NCBI GenBank assembly: GCA_012295275.1
Contig: CM022665.1
Span: 6,138,001-6,202,000, forward strand
Direction: 5' to 3'
DNA: 64,000 nt
From: Chrysomallon squamiferum
Lineage: Eukaryota > Animalia > Mollusca
Shown: in pieces, positions 12,222 to 25,847 of the stretch
Numbering within the stretch: position 1 is the first letter of the stretch
Layout: each line of letters begins with the position of its first letter
Program-made: the position numbers and the translations under genes
Notes under the pieces: model-generated
The model's database searches: none
The model's input: the letters and a program-made list of their open reading frames with translations, nothing else
What the model was told of the DNA's origin: nothing

Positions 12222-15200
12222 TGTGAAATGTGCATATATACTGAGAGACTGACAGACATACACACACACACAGAAACACATTACTAACTACCAACTGTTC
12301 TCATCTTTCATAAATGTAGTCATCAAGCAATATCTACTTGACTTATGATGATGACTTCATGAAAATGAACTGTTCCTTGTGTAACAATGTTTATACAAAT
12401 CCAATTTTCAGTGCACATTTAGTTGGGTTTTTTTACTTTTCTAAATGAACATTTAACAGTCTTTCATGGAATGCAGATAGGCTTATTAGTAATGAAGCAT
12501 CATATTAATTTAACAGAAAAATGAATATATCACATAAACTTAATTATTATATTTAAGAGTTGTTCTACACAATGGTATAACAGAAGTTAAAATGTATTTT
12601 AAACTCATAAATGTGTAATGAAAATAAGGTGGTTTTTCTCAAGTTGACATCAAAATAGATTCTACCTGCAGTATTCTTCATTCAAACTGAAATCTACATA
12701 GTTAAAAAATAATAATAAATAAATAAAGCATCATACTTCAAAGTTTATTTTTCATTGCAACAAACATTTTTACTGTAGAAAAGGCACCGTGTCAAGAATT
12801 TTGTACATTTTACTTTGTTAAGTAAGTAATTTATCGCCATTGTTTTGTTTAAGATACTTAAAAAATGTTGACATTGCACTGTTGTGGAATTAAAATAATA
12901 TGACAGGGTTATGTAATTTTAAATTCTGAATATTGCCTGAAAATAGTAGACTGCTTACATATAAAGAGATGAAGATATGTATTACAAGTTAAACATTAAT
13001 ATTACAAATATTAGTTTTTCATACAGTTAAATATAGTGAATGAACAAATCAACACAATTAATCGTACACAGGAGTGACAACACTGTACCATGTGTGCATG
13101 ATATTAAATATGCAAGCCATGATATACAACAATAACAGAAATTGCACTTAGTACTTACCCAGATATAATATGTATCTAGGTATTATATAAATTTTATAAA
13201 CAGCAACAGAACAAACTGAATCCTATCAATTTGAAAGCACTCTGCCACATATTGTAGTCATGTCAATATGTAATTTGACAAAAGTTATTTTTTGAACTGT
13301 CTGACTGCATCTTTGAGTGTAAAATACTTAAACATCCTAGTAATAAATTCACAATGTATGGATTACTCGTACGAAATGCAAGTAATATTAGTTTAACTGT
13401 TGACAAGTATAGTTTTGTATCTACCAAAAAGTTACCAGATGTAAAATTTTAGAATTTGCAGCACTAAAACAAATGATCAATTAACAAAATAAATAAAAAT
13501 AATTTGTAAAGCTGAGCTATCAGAAAAATAACTTTATATAGCATTTTCATCTGACATTTTGTAATAAATGTATTAATCTTTCAGTTTCAGTGTTTTAATT
13601 AAACTGATTTAATTCATCCTAGTGCAACACTTAAAATATGAAAACACAGTCTGAAAACTTTGATAACACTATAAATGTAATTGGGGTTTAATAAATTATC
13701 TTTACAAGTACAAAACTTTGCAACAATTTAAAGTGTGTGTGTGTGTATGAGTGTTAAAACATGGCAATTTTCTAATATTTTAATTAATTAAAAATATAGC
13801 CCTGCTGTAATTCCATGGAATGACAAACATGCAAGAATACACTGAACGGAAAAACATAATTTTTGAACAAATTTATGTCATCCTGTGCAAATATGTATTT
13901 TTAACTTGTGATATAAAGTTTCATCACAAAGTCACTCTCAGATATACCATACTGGCTTAACAGATGTATGATAAACTTTAACAATCCAGCACTTATCAAG
14001 TTTAAATAACAATGATTTTGTAATGAAATGAAAATGTTTTAAAAATATCAGTTTAAAACTAAAAATGCTCATAATGAATAAAATGGTAATATACATAATC
14101 AAAATAATAAATATGAGTACAGTTTTATTACCAATAAATACACAGTATTTACGTGAAAAACACTTAGCATCAGTTATTTGTAAAAAATCCCATTATGACA
14201 TCCGTGTATAAAAATCTTTTATGATGTTTACAGTTTTCATAATTTTCATAATGGCTAAAAATAATGCAGTGCAGGATTGTTTTGAAAGAGTACTGCACAA
14301 TGAACATGAAATGTTATGTACATTATCTAAGAGTTTCTTTTTAATGCTTTTTTTTTTTTCTTTTTTTTTTTAAAAACAAGAAAAACAAACATAATCATAC
14401 CAATTACTCCATTTATAACACAATGAAATTTAATACACTTCACCAAAAATTACCAGCATAGTGGACTCACATTAATGTATGTATACTCCTAACAAATGAC
14501 ATGTATTAAACATAGCAGTATTTGGAAAATGTCAGTCCTTGACCACTCTTATATTATACACATAATAATTTATGTAATATATTTTTAACATCTGAAAAAA
14601 AAAAAAATAAAGTAAAAAAAAAATAAAATAAAATATGTATATTACCCATGTAATATGCAATGAAGCCATTTGCATATGTACAAAATGATCAGCTAAAAAT
14701 AGGAAATGGCTTCTCTTGGCAGATTAAATAAGGACTTAATTGATTGTCAAATGTTAAAGATATTTCCAAATAATTGTATATGACAAAGCAAACAAAAATA
14801 ACAAATGCTTTTGAAATATATTATACATTCAATCTACATTGAAGTTATCTACAGGAGTATATTCAAAATTATCTCAGATTTAGTTACAAAAGTTTGGTTT
14901 CAATATAACTATCATAACCATAGATTCATTTAAAATAAACTTTTAAGAAACAGAGCATGTGTCCTCTATATAACTAGTATATATAATAAATAAATTTAAT
15001 ATTCTTTTACATATAAAAAATAAATTTAAAATTACCCAAATTTATATCACACAGAATGACATCAGATAATATATATATATATATAAAGCTACTCTTACAA
15101 GAAATTAACTTTGTGATTATTTAAAAAGTAGAAACTTAAATGGTAAAGATAATGACTGAAATGTTTTTCCTGATAAAAATCAACAAAAGAATTAGTAATA

Positions 15201-15692
15201 ATTTACACTGTCTGCGTTACATTTTTTTAAAGTATAGTTTTCATTCTTTATTTATTTATGTTTTACAAATTTAACAAAAATATGCAGTTTGGATTATATC
15301 CATTTATATTAAAATAAAATAACATATATAGTGAAACAAAATACATATAATGATACACTAAAATGTATATAAATTTACAAAGAAATTAATAACTGTAAAA
15401 TTTTGTTTCACATACATCTTTTTATTTCATCTTCTGAAATCTGATTTGCTTAAACAACAGATAGAATTTGTATTCCTTGGGAAATCTGTTTTTAAAAGTA
15501 TACATTAGTTTAATTTAACCAAATTTGTTTCTCACCAATTACTATATTTGCTGTTTATTTCTTTTTTGACTTTTCTTATATATTTCAAATTTTATTTATA
15601 ATTCTAATAATGTACATTATTTCTGGTCTTTAACAAATCAGTTGTGATAAGAAGCTCTATCAATTGTTGTAACTTGTACCAAAATTACAAAG

Positions 15693-17234
15693 TCAAACGA
15701 TATCTAGTCGTCTTACCCGGACTTTTTGTTTATAATGGTAGTACTTAAGATACTCTTTCAGGGAATTTGGCAGTGGCAGTAAACTGATTTCATCATAGCT
15801 GACATGACAACAGATTTCAGACCGACACAAATGCTGCAGTGAAAAAGGATTCTTCCTGTTCAGTGGCAAGGTTAGCATCGGTTCAAAGAACATGCAACAG
15901 TTTGGATCTTTATAGTGCTCAATGAGACCACATACTGTGTCACATGCATAGACTGCAGGGTCATGAGCATCAAAACTGAACTTGTGGTTCCACTGCTCGA
16001 TTCTTGCATGAAGAGAACGGCTGTAACGACGGAAACTCACAGAGAAAAGGAACTCTTCCTGAGCACTGTCCCTGAGAAGAAATGTTCCCTCAGGTTTGCT
16101 ATCCAGCAAACGTTCTGCCTCATATCGATCCATGATTCCCCAGTAGAAACTACAGCTTGTAATACATCTGAGATCTGGAACAAGGCAGTGGACATAGTCT
16201 ATCTGTGTATGAACAACACAAGGAACTCTGCTACTTGGAATTTCCATCTTTAAATCACTGCAATCACTATAACGAGATTCCCCACTACTTTCACCAACAT
16301 CATGAGACAGATTATGACTAAATGCAGATAAAGCTGGGTTTGAGATAGATCCAGAAAGTGAACTGTGACTATCACCAAGCATATGACTAGACCCAGGTCT
16401 GGCACCCAGTAATCGCATCCATCGTCGTCCAAAAGGAGCTTGGTTAAGTTCAATTCCTTGCTCAATCTCTTGAGCTCTTTCTGCTAATCTTATCTCATCA
16501 ATATCTTCAACTGGATAGAGTTCATCAAAATTGGATACCATGGACATATCAATCAACTGAGGTCTTCTAAACACTGGAGCAGCTATCTGGTTTTCAATAG
16601 CTATAACATTACTGTCAGAATCTCTCTTTCTTAATAAAGCACACATACAACCAGTCTGGCACTGGGTTGATTCAGACGGACTATGGCTGTGTGAGGTTGC
16701 CATTCTTGAACCATGAGAAACTTTTCCTCGTATTTTCAAACTCCAGAACCTTTTCTTTGACCTTCCTTGTATTTTTTCTGTCTTTTTTCGCCTTGCTGGT
16801 AAACTGGATCGACGACATGTAGTGCATGGATTTAAGACATCAGGTGATGTGTGGCAACATTTTGAAATTATTGTTTTATTTAGTGAAACTCCCTTTTCTC
16901 CCAGCTCTCTTCCAGATTCTTGACAGTGAGCACTGCACGAGTCATTCACTTCTAGAGAATCTACCAAGCTAACTAATGACAGTTCACTGCCACAGCAGAA
17001 GAATGGTCGAACTGCTGACCTGTGCATTCTGTGTCTTACTTGAGAACATTCACTCACTTTCTCCTTCTTACATTCTGTTACCAGTGGTGTAGAACATATA
17101 TTACGGTTTCCATTTGAAGTCAAATTATTTGTAGTAAAGTTGGTTTCAACATTTTCTTCCAAATGTTCTATAGCGTCTGGATCATTAGCTATAAAATAAG
17201 AGAGGCAGAGTGTTGTAATTTTACATGGATCCAT
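15693..17234 (-). CDS. SOCS5: Suppressor of cytokine signaling 4/5-like (SH2 + SOCS box), single coding exon
   Basis: 513-aa ORF with [14 protein letters not shown], the SH2 stretch [41 protein letters not shown], and the SOCS box PFSLQHLCR...[21 protein letters not shown], all typical of the SOCS4/5 (Socs36E) class. A likely 5' UTR intron spans about 17311-17981. Confidence 0.95.
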   Translation of the reverse strand: MDPCKITTLCLSYFIANDPDAIEHLEENVETNFTTNNLTSNGNRNICSTPLVTECKKEKVSECSQVRHRMHRSAVRPFFCCGSELSLVSLVDSLEVNDSCSAHCQESGRELGEKGVSLNKTIISKCCHTSPDVLNPCTTCRRSSLPARRKKTEKIQGRSKKRFWSLKIRGKVSHGSRMATSHSHSPSESTQCQTGCMCALLRKRDSDSNVIAIENQIAAPVFRRPQLIDMSMVSNFDELYPVEDIDEIRLAERAQEIEQGIELNQAPFGRRWMRLLGARPGSSHMLGDSHSSLSGSISNPALSAFSHNLSHDVGESSGESRYSDCSDLKMEIPSSRVPCVVHTQIDYVHCLVPDLRCITSCSFYWGIMDRYEAERLLDSKPEGTFLLRDSAQEEFLFSVSFRRYSRSLHARIEQWNHKFSFDAHDPAVYACDTVCGLIEHYKDPNCCMFFEPMLTLPLNRKNPFSLQHLCRSEICCHVSYDEISLLPLPNSLKEYLKYYHYKQKVRVRRLDIV

Positions 17235-17989
17235 ATTTCATATAAGTTGGACCATAAATACTTAAACAGACATAGTTATCATTAATAAATTTGTATTTAA
17301 TAAATGTATTCTGTGAACAAAATATAATAACTTTCATAATATTAGTTGCTTTAGTGAATCATATATTAAAAATAACTGGGGCTAAAAAAGGCTCATGGTA
17401 GTTACCACTGAAGTGTAATTTGTTACAGGCCCTTATCTGTTATACTAATAGTAAATGCTAAAACAGCCCATGGGTCACTTAATTATACAGATTTATCAAA
17501 CAGTAAGCAGAACTCTTTTATTTCATTTTTTTTCTTCTGTTTTATGCATACGGTTAATAATTATAAATTGGAAATGAAAAAAAAAAATATATTATTATTA
17601 TTATTATTAAATAACCAAAAAAAAAAATAATAATAATAATCAAAAGATGGAAAACTGAAAATTAAAAAAAATAAAAAAAATAATAGAAATCACACGTTTT
17701 AGGATTTTAAGGTTACATATAATTGTTACTATGCATTATGAAACAGTAGTATTTTGTCTGCATTCACAAAGGTCTGAAACCTCTATTTTTACAGTAACTT
17801 TCATTGGACCAAAGTGTTCTGGAATAAAAAAAAAACAGTCATGCAGTGGTTTACTGACTATAAACGAACAGTGGAACTGGAAACTAAATTATCATTACGG
17901 TTACCGATTATCATTACATCATGTACATTACAACTATAACGATTTTTTTTACAACATCCTTCTTGGTACTTAAATACTCACAACATGCC

Positions 17990-18840
17990 ATTACGTTTCA
18001 TCAGATCGTAATCAGTCCAAATATTTTACTTTATATGCAGTAAATTTCTGAAATTACATTTTGACATGAACGTAGAAAACTGACATTAGACACCAAGCCG
18101 GAAATAACTGACGTATTATTAGCATTCTTTTCTTTCTATGTATTTTCTTCCTGTTATCTACGCACCTCAAAAAGTATCAATAACGATTTTTAAAAATAAA
18201 AATAATTTTTTTAGCTTACTTCATCCAAATAATAACATATAATCTGTTCATACTAAGTATAATTTAAATATTTTATCAGCAGTGTTTATTACACAAAAAA
18301 ATAATAATATTTTATTTGTTTACAGGTTAATGCACTTAGGACAGATAAAACATATATTTAAAAAAAATAATTACACTAATCAGCGCAAAATATTGTACTA
18401 AACTTGTTAATAGTTTTGTCAGGATATATGTACGCACTATATCCAGATATCAGCATTTAATTTCGTTGGGAAAGGTAAATAAGGGTTAACTTAATAAAGG
18501 AGGAAATTACAAAGAAATCAAGATTTTTTTAGCATTTTAAGACTTAGTGTATCACGTTTAGTCTTAATTTTGACATCTGTTTGTTTTATATATTATGGAA
18601 ATGGTATAGACAGATATAGCGCTATAAATTGCTTTTGTAAAATATTCAGATTCATTTCTTTTTTTGTAAATTAAACCATCGATCTGTTTTTTTTTAGCAT
18701 AACCGTGATAACGTAACTTAACGCCTAATAAGTAAAATAACGGTCGTCGAACTAAACTCTTATTAAATGATTTCATTATTAATTTACTACGCCATTGGCG
18801 ATCAAAGTTGCGTTGACTTCTGAATGAAATGCTGATTTCA
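17990..18840. promoter_or_regulatory. Divergent promoter region between SOCS5-like and Angel
   Basis: Head-to-head genes, CpG-retaining patches at about 17990-18170 and 18680-18830, and an ETS-like CCGGAAAT near 18098. Confidence 0.45.
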
Positions 18841-18982
18841 AATTTATATTTGTTAATTACAGTTCAATTATTTTTAAGACATGATCACTTACTATTTTAT
18901 TCATCACTATTTCAGGTTCCTATGTTATACTGGAATTTCTCAGCATGGCAAGAAAATTTAACAAAAGATCATAGCAGTTGCA

Positions 18983-21866
18983 ATGGATAAATGTATAAAT
19001 CAAATTTCATCTACAAAAAGAAAATCTGATATATGTGATAATGAACATCAGACAAAAAAAAAATGTGACAAAAAATTACAGAATGTTCCAATTTCAAAAT
19101 CTGAAACAGAGGTTCCTCCACAATTAGCAAAAGATACACTTTCAAACTCTGACTGTATTGATTCATCCAGAATTCCATTACAACAGTACACTCCTAGTGC
19201 ATTGCCTGATATATCTAATAGAGGAATGACGTTTTGTCGTGTCAATACTCCAATTGCATTAAACATGGTTCCTGCTGTTTCAGCGCTGTTTCAGGCAGCA
19301 GCTCAGCATTACAGTGCATTTGGATTTTATCCACAGTATAATCCTTGGATGCATGATCTACAAAAAGCAACATATGCAGCATCACAACCTCCCACTTTGT
19401 TGCAATGTCACTCAGGACCTTTACAGTATAGTTCTTCCAGTACGTCAAGACAGTTTGGGCCTGCAACATCAGCTGGAAATCCTGTTGGTGTAAAAATATC
19501 TAAATTCTCTAATGGTAACACTTTTTATTTTTATTTTTTTATTGATTCTTACTTCACGAATGATTTAAAACATGGAAATTTAGAAAAATATTTCATATTA
19601 TATGCTTAAATGGTAACTTTCAGAAAAATGGGCCACCGACTTCTTAGCATTTTTTTTTACTATTTGTTTGGAATATTTAAATTAGCATTTGTTGTTTAGA
19701 AGTAGCAAATAAACATCAAAAATACTCATGTTTGTGTATACATATTTGTGTATTTGTATTCTTCTGTTTTAGATGTTATAGGGTACCCCCGTCAGTGGGA
19801 GTATACAAAATATGGAAGGGATCATCGTCACAGGGAGAGAACAGGGTCAGAGATGTCAGTGATGTCATACAACATTCTTGCACAGGATCTCTTGGAACAA
19901 CATGCCTATCTGTACGAAGGCAGAAATAACAACTTGTCCTGGAACTACAGAAGTAAACAGCTTATTCGGGAAATTGCACATCACCACTCTGATGTAAGAT
20001 TAATGTCATTTATCCAAAAAAAAGTTTACTTTGCTTTGTAAAGTAAAACACTAATTGATATGTTCAATTAGCTGTCTGTTGAGAAAAATTGTAAATTATA
20101 ATTAATAATTAATTTCTTTCTCAAATATTTTTTTTTTTTTTTTTTTTTTATGTTTTGTTTAAAACATTGTAAATATTTAAATGTTACATGATTTAGAAAC
20201 CTAATTAATTTTGTTTTCATTTTTTTAAATATTCATTTAGATTATTTGCCTTCAAGAAGTTCAAAGTAATCATTACCATGATTCAATAAATCCAGAACTG
20301 CAAAAACTGGGTAAGACTGTATAGCAACATCTAAAAGAAGTTCAGTAAAAATGTGTGTTTCGTTGATACAATGCTTGTATTCAGAGAATATCTGATTATC
20401 TAAGTGAACTGTAATTATTAATCTTATACATTAGTTAGTTTGTAATTCCTCTTAGACTTAATAAGTTTGTTATCATAATTACTGTTTTTAGTCATTTACA
20501 TTTAATGATTTTGAAATTCTCTTTGCATTTATGTTGCCAAAAGAATCTGTTTGTATCTATAGAAAAATAATTCTAAAAAAACAAAACCAATAAAAGTATA
20601 AAAACTATTGTTTTACATTTGTCACATAAATTGATAAAAATAGTAACCCTTCCTCTGATAAGAAATGTACGTCCGCTCACTCACTCATCCTGACTGAAGT
20701 GGCAGAAGGCGTATTAACAGACAGTTTATTACAGAATACGATTTCCCATGTACTTTAGGTTTCCTTTTTGAAAAAAAGGTTGCACATGGAAATGATGTTT
20801 CTAAATCAAGTGTTAGTAACTCCATTAACTATTTTCATGTTTTGCTTTAGGTTATGATGGTGTGTACCAAAAACGAACTGGTGACAAATGTGATGGGTGT
20901 GCCATTTTCTTTAAGCATGACAAGTTCACTCTGCTGAAGTCGCATGTGATAAAGTTCAATCGAGGAGGCCTTCTTGACAGAGATAACATAGCAGTGATTC
21001 TTGAACTAAGGCCAAAGTCCAGGTTTTATAATGGGAGTGTGGAAAAGCTCTGTGTAGCTACCACACACCTTCTGTTCAATCCCAGGAGGGGTGATGTGAA
21101 AATTGGTCAGCTCATGGTTCTGTTTGCAGAACTTGATAAATTTGCCAGATGCTCTGATGGAACTTATGTACCAATAATACTGTGTGGAGATTTTAACATA
21201 GAGCCACATAGTCATCTTTACAATATGATCTGTCATGGCCATCTCCGTTATGAAGGACTGAATTGTAAAGATGTGTCTGGACAAAAAGAAGGTTACTATG
21301 GGGGAGATGCATACCTTAAAAGTGATGTTTTTTCTTCACTGAATATTACTGATCATTGCCAGTATGTTGTCTCAACAGAAAAAGAAACCAAACAAGATAA
21401 TGACAAACCTGCTGAAACCTCACCATTTTCTTCTGTAATAAATAACAGTCAGCCTACCGGTTCTGAGGATAAATCATGGGAAAAAGTAAAGTATAAGGAA
21501 AATATAGGAAGCAAATACAATACCAAAACAGTTAGATCTGGTCACCTGAAACACAGTTTGAATTTTGTATCATCCTACAATCATTATATACAACGTTTGA
21601 AGTACAAGACACCAGAAGTGACAACTAGGCATAAGAGGGCAGCATGTACAGTGGACTATATATTTTATAATGTTCATAATAAGAAGCTGAGAAAACTGCA
21701 TCATGGAGGAGAGGCAATAGAAAATATCCAAGAAGGAAAGCTGATGCTTCTTGCTCGATATGGTCTTATGTCATGTAGGGAAATAGATGAATTTGGAGTA
21801 ATGCCCAACAAGACGATGTCATCTGATCATCTTCCTTTAATAGTACGGTTTTTGTTAAAGTTATAA
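18983..21866 (+). CDS. ANGEL2: Protein angel homolog (EEP/CCR4-family RNA 2',3'-cyclic phosphatase), 4 coding exons
   Basis: Exons 18983-19514, 19773-19993, 20241-20310, 20851-21866. Motifs: MSYNILAQDLL, DIICLQEVQ, KRTGDKCDGCAIF, VATTHLLFNPRRGDVKIGQ, ILCGDFN, TVDYIFY, SSDHLPL. Confidence 0.93.
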
Positions 21867-22598
21867 TGTTCTTAGGACATTAAATAGTTTTTTATGATTA
21901 GTATTAAACTGATGTCTTAAACATTTTTATTTGGAAAACGTGTTCTGTTCGTACTGTGTATGAAATATATACTTTAGGTTGAGGTTTAAGTTACTGTTTA
22001 CTGTAATCCGAAGAATACTAATTGGAACAATCTAATAAAGCAATATAAACATTTTATTTGTGTTGTCTATGCAAAGAGAACTACTGTATAATATTGAAAG
22101 TTACAAAAATAGTACAAAGTTGGCAGTTTTACACTTTTGAGTGTTTTACAAATACAAATTATTCCAGGAAATAAAATGCATTTCAGATACTGAAGACATG
22201 TTTTTTGCAAGGTAAAATTATATTGTGAATACATTCGCAGAAACTGCTAAAAAAAATACTGACCTAATAAAAATATTAGTAAATAATCCTCATTAAAAAT
22301 ATCTGAAATTTACCAGTGATACAAATTTGATACAAATTTGATACGTTACATAGATTTAAAAAGTCTGAATAAAAGAAAAGTATTGATTTCTATAAAGTCT
22401 ACTAAATGTAAAAACTGTAACATAATGTGGTCTGACAGATTAGAATTTGTAAATAAAAGCTAAATAAATCTACTATATATATAAATAAAGGCAAAAATCT
22501 TGACCAGTCAAGGTGTTAAATTAAAAACAAACAAAAAAAACCTTATATTTTCCATTATGACATAAATATAACAAATGTCCTCATCACTATTAGTTCTG

Positions 22599-25231
22599 CT
22601 ATTCCTGAAACTGCCTGTCATCTGAACACTGCAGTGGCTGCTGTTTAAGAACGTCCGCCAACATGTGTTTTGGAATCTCTGACCCTCGAACCTGAATGGT
22701 GTAACAGGCATTTTCAACTTTCTGCAAACTCTGTCGCAATGTAAACATCTTTTTATTAATTTCTTTGGCAGTGTTCCCATAGGACTCGAATGATTTGTGG
22801 ATAATCTGCATGAAATCTCGAACTTTGAAAGGAGTTTCCAAATCTCCTGCACCAACACTATTTATTGTCAATCTCATCAACTCTCCAGTCAGATCAGCAA
22901 TCCCAAGCATGTATTCAAGTGGAGGAATATAAACTTTTGTGACATTAGATGTTTCCTCAGATCTGAATACTAGATAATTTTGTATCTGTGCCAGGCTGAT
23001 CAAAGATCCTTCTTTTAGAAAATGATAAAATGAAACGGCTTCAATGTATTCCTGTAGACCTGTAGGTAGCAAAATGTAAAAAAAACAACTTAAAGACATG
23101 AGACAGAATCTATTAAATTATGTTAAAAAGTGTACACACTGAAAGAAAATGCCTGACATCAAAGTAAAATAATATAATATTTCAATAAATAAACATAATT
23201 ACCAGGCTTTCATTTCAAGACACAAACTAACAACTAATGCAATGGTTATGATACCCTAAAAACAGAAAATATAAGCAGAAAGTTTACAACAGACATTGCT
23301 AGAATATTAAATGAAGAAGACTCATTTATTTTCCCCCATTTTTAAAGCTTATTTTTGATACCAAATAACAAGTTATTAAATAAGAACCGAGTCTTAAGAT
23401 GTCATTAAAAATGTATAGACTAACATCGGTATTAATATCTAATTAAATTATTAAGTATCTAAGCTTACAATGAATGTTCACTAACATTTCAGTTACTACT
23501 AATGGTTATTATATATACTGCATTCTTTTATAATGACACTATGAGAAAGGAAACCCAATGCTGCTATTCCAAAAGTTATTTTTATTATTTAGCAACAAGG
23601 AATCTTTTATTTGTGCCTTCCAAGAGCCAGGAAGAAACATGTGGCTTTTTTAATGCCATTTGTAAATCACTGCTGTAAAGGGGTGCAATATTACTGACAC
23701 ACATTATGATCCAGTTAAATGAATTGTTTAGGAAAACATTTTCTCACCTGGATAATAAGCTCTAATAAACTGAAATGGGTCTTCACCCTGTAACTCTTTG
23801 GCAATTAACATAAATTTTTTTTCATGAAGCTCTTTGAATTTTTCTAATGCTTGTGAAAGAAGATTTTCAGGTGAATCTGTCCTGAAAATATAAAAATACA
23901 CTAATCATGTATTTGACATTTCAAATAACCCACGCCATGTTAAACAAGGTTTAGATTTTCCTAATTTATATTAAAAAAAAAAAAAAATTTTATTTTATTA
24001 TTTTTAAATACAAATAAAATGACTTTCATATTATTTTTTTTTTTTTAAACAAAATTAAAATTGTCTCATTTTATATCCAGATGTAAATGTATTTGTCATT
24101 CACATGAAATAAATGATCAAAACCAAATGCAGAACTGTCTATTACTGGATTTTCATAGCAGTCCAAACATTTCCATTTCTGTAACAGTGTAAGTCTTTTT
24201 AAACACTTCTGGTTCCTGATTACAATTTATGTGCCTATTTCAAAGCTTGGTGTTATTTTGTAAAGACATACACATTAAAAGGATTACTGGCAAGATGAAA
24301 TAAAAACATTGTATAATTTGTTTATTTTGTTTTACAGAAAATAAAAAAAGGGATAAGTCACATCAGTTCACCATTAAGTGATTACTACTGTCACTTAATC
24401 TGTTATTATCAAAAGTCTCCAAAAGTTTATAAAACTGAAAGAGTACAAAATATGTTCAGGTCATTTGTTTGAACTATCAATGGTATACTACACATCTATT
24501 CTGTGTCATAATGCCAGTATACTGCTGAATAACAGAGAACCAAAAATGTTACCCTGTCACTCTCTGTAGGAAAAAAATGATCCTCTTGCTTTCAATTGTA
24601 ATATCTCGACTAAGTTTGACAATTCTTTCAAACTTGTCATGTTTAGCATCAAGTTCCTGCTGGTAAAGACGGAATGCCTGGACCACTGGTGATGATTCAT
24701 TCACCTTGGCTTCTCCCTTATGGGTTCTTTTGACTTGAAAAAATAAAAACAAAAATTAGGCATTTATTTATGAAATTAAAACATTTAAATAAAAAGTTTT
24801 AATTTCCGAACCACATAATTTAATAGTGCACATTTCTGTAACAGCTAAAGAAAAATATTTGAATACAAAATACGTATCATTTTTATTATTTTGTTTAAAT
24901 AAATTTTTAAATAACATTTACATTACTTCAAAACGAAACTACTTTTAAACTTCAAATGATTTACCCAGTCAGTGATATTCTTTACAGTTTTGTAATTCAT
25001 AATAATAACATATTATCTATAAACGCTAAGTACTTAAAAGTTAAATGAAAATAAGATAACCTAAAGGCATAATAATATATATTATAACAATTTATATGTA
25101 CTAATGTAGCAAAATACTAACACGGTGAATTACTGATACAGTCATGTAACAGTGCTAGTTGAAAGAAATGGAAATATAATGATTATAGTGGATATGAACT
25201 CACACTCACCACCATGGGCATGCTGTGCCAT
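22599..25231 (-). CDS. TSNAX: Translin-associated factor X (C3PO nuclease subunit), 4 coding exons
   Basis: Exons 25231-25210, 24733-24553, 23881-23748, 23059-22599. Motifs: [75 protein letters not shown]. Confidence 0.94.
23540..23675 (-). mobile_element. Decayed SINE-like interspersed repeat (copy 1)
   Basis: AGGAAACCC...TTAGCAACAAGGAATCTTTTAT... is similar to 46960-47130 and shares TTAGCAACAAG with the reverse complement of 46455-46556. It resembles, from memory, a gastropod tRNA-derived SINE. Confidence 0.5.
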
Positions 25232-25779
25232 GGTTTTCGTTTACACTGTTACAAAATGCTATTTAAAGTATTTTCGTTTCAACACTTTCCAGTATCTTAA
25301 ATAAATTAGATTTCCAGCGGGGGAATTATTTTTGTTTCTTGCTTTAAATTCGACCACTGACAGATGAGCATTGCTTTAAGAGAAACAGAATTAAAGATTA
25401 TTATTATTATTATTATTATAAGTTTATTTAGTTAGTTCATTTTATTTAGTCTTACTTATTAATTTTGAAATTGTTTTTTAAACATAATTAAATTGTTTTT
25501 TATTACATTTTTTCTGAAAACATAATAGTATTAATACCAAACGACTGTTTGACAGTTAAATCGCCTTTCAAAGAGGTCGTTTGTAGCTGGATTAATTCTC
25601 ATGGGTACCAATAACCAATAAGATGAAATAATGTGAAAAGTTATTTGTAAAAGAGAAAGATGCGACAAGCCCGAATCCGCTTGGGTAGCAGCACCTTCTG
25701 AAGTCGAAATGAGGCGCCGTAGTAAAACGTTTCTTCCTTCGTAGTCGTTGTGCGTGTTTGTCTGTCTTTGCTATTTGAT

Positions 25780-25810
<31 letters not shown>

Positions 25811-25847
25811 TTTTCATTTTATTATTATTATTATTGTTTTATAGAAG

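Noticed and set aside
15657-15695. TGA-C stop context of SOCS5 as possible readthrough
   Set aside because: Only about 11 codons to the next stop and no supporting structure or targeting signal.
15915-16465. ORFs overlapping SOCS5 (112 aa plus strand, 71 aa minus strand)
   Set aside because: Antisense or alternate-frame shadows of a real CDS with no recognisable motifs.
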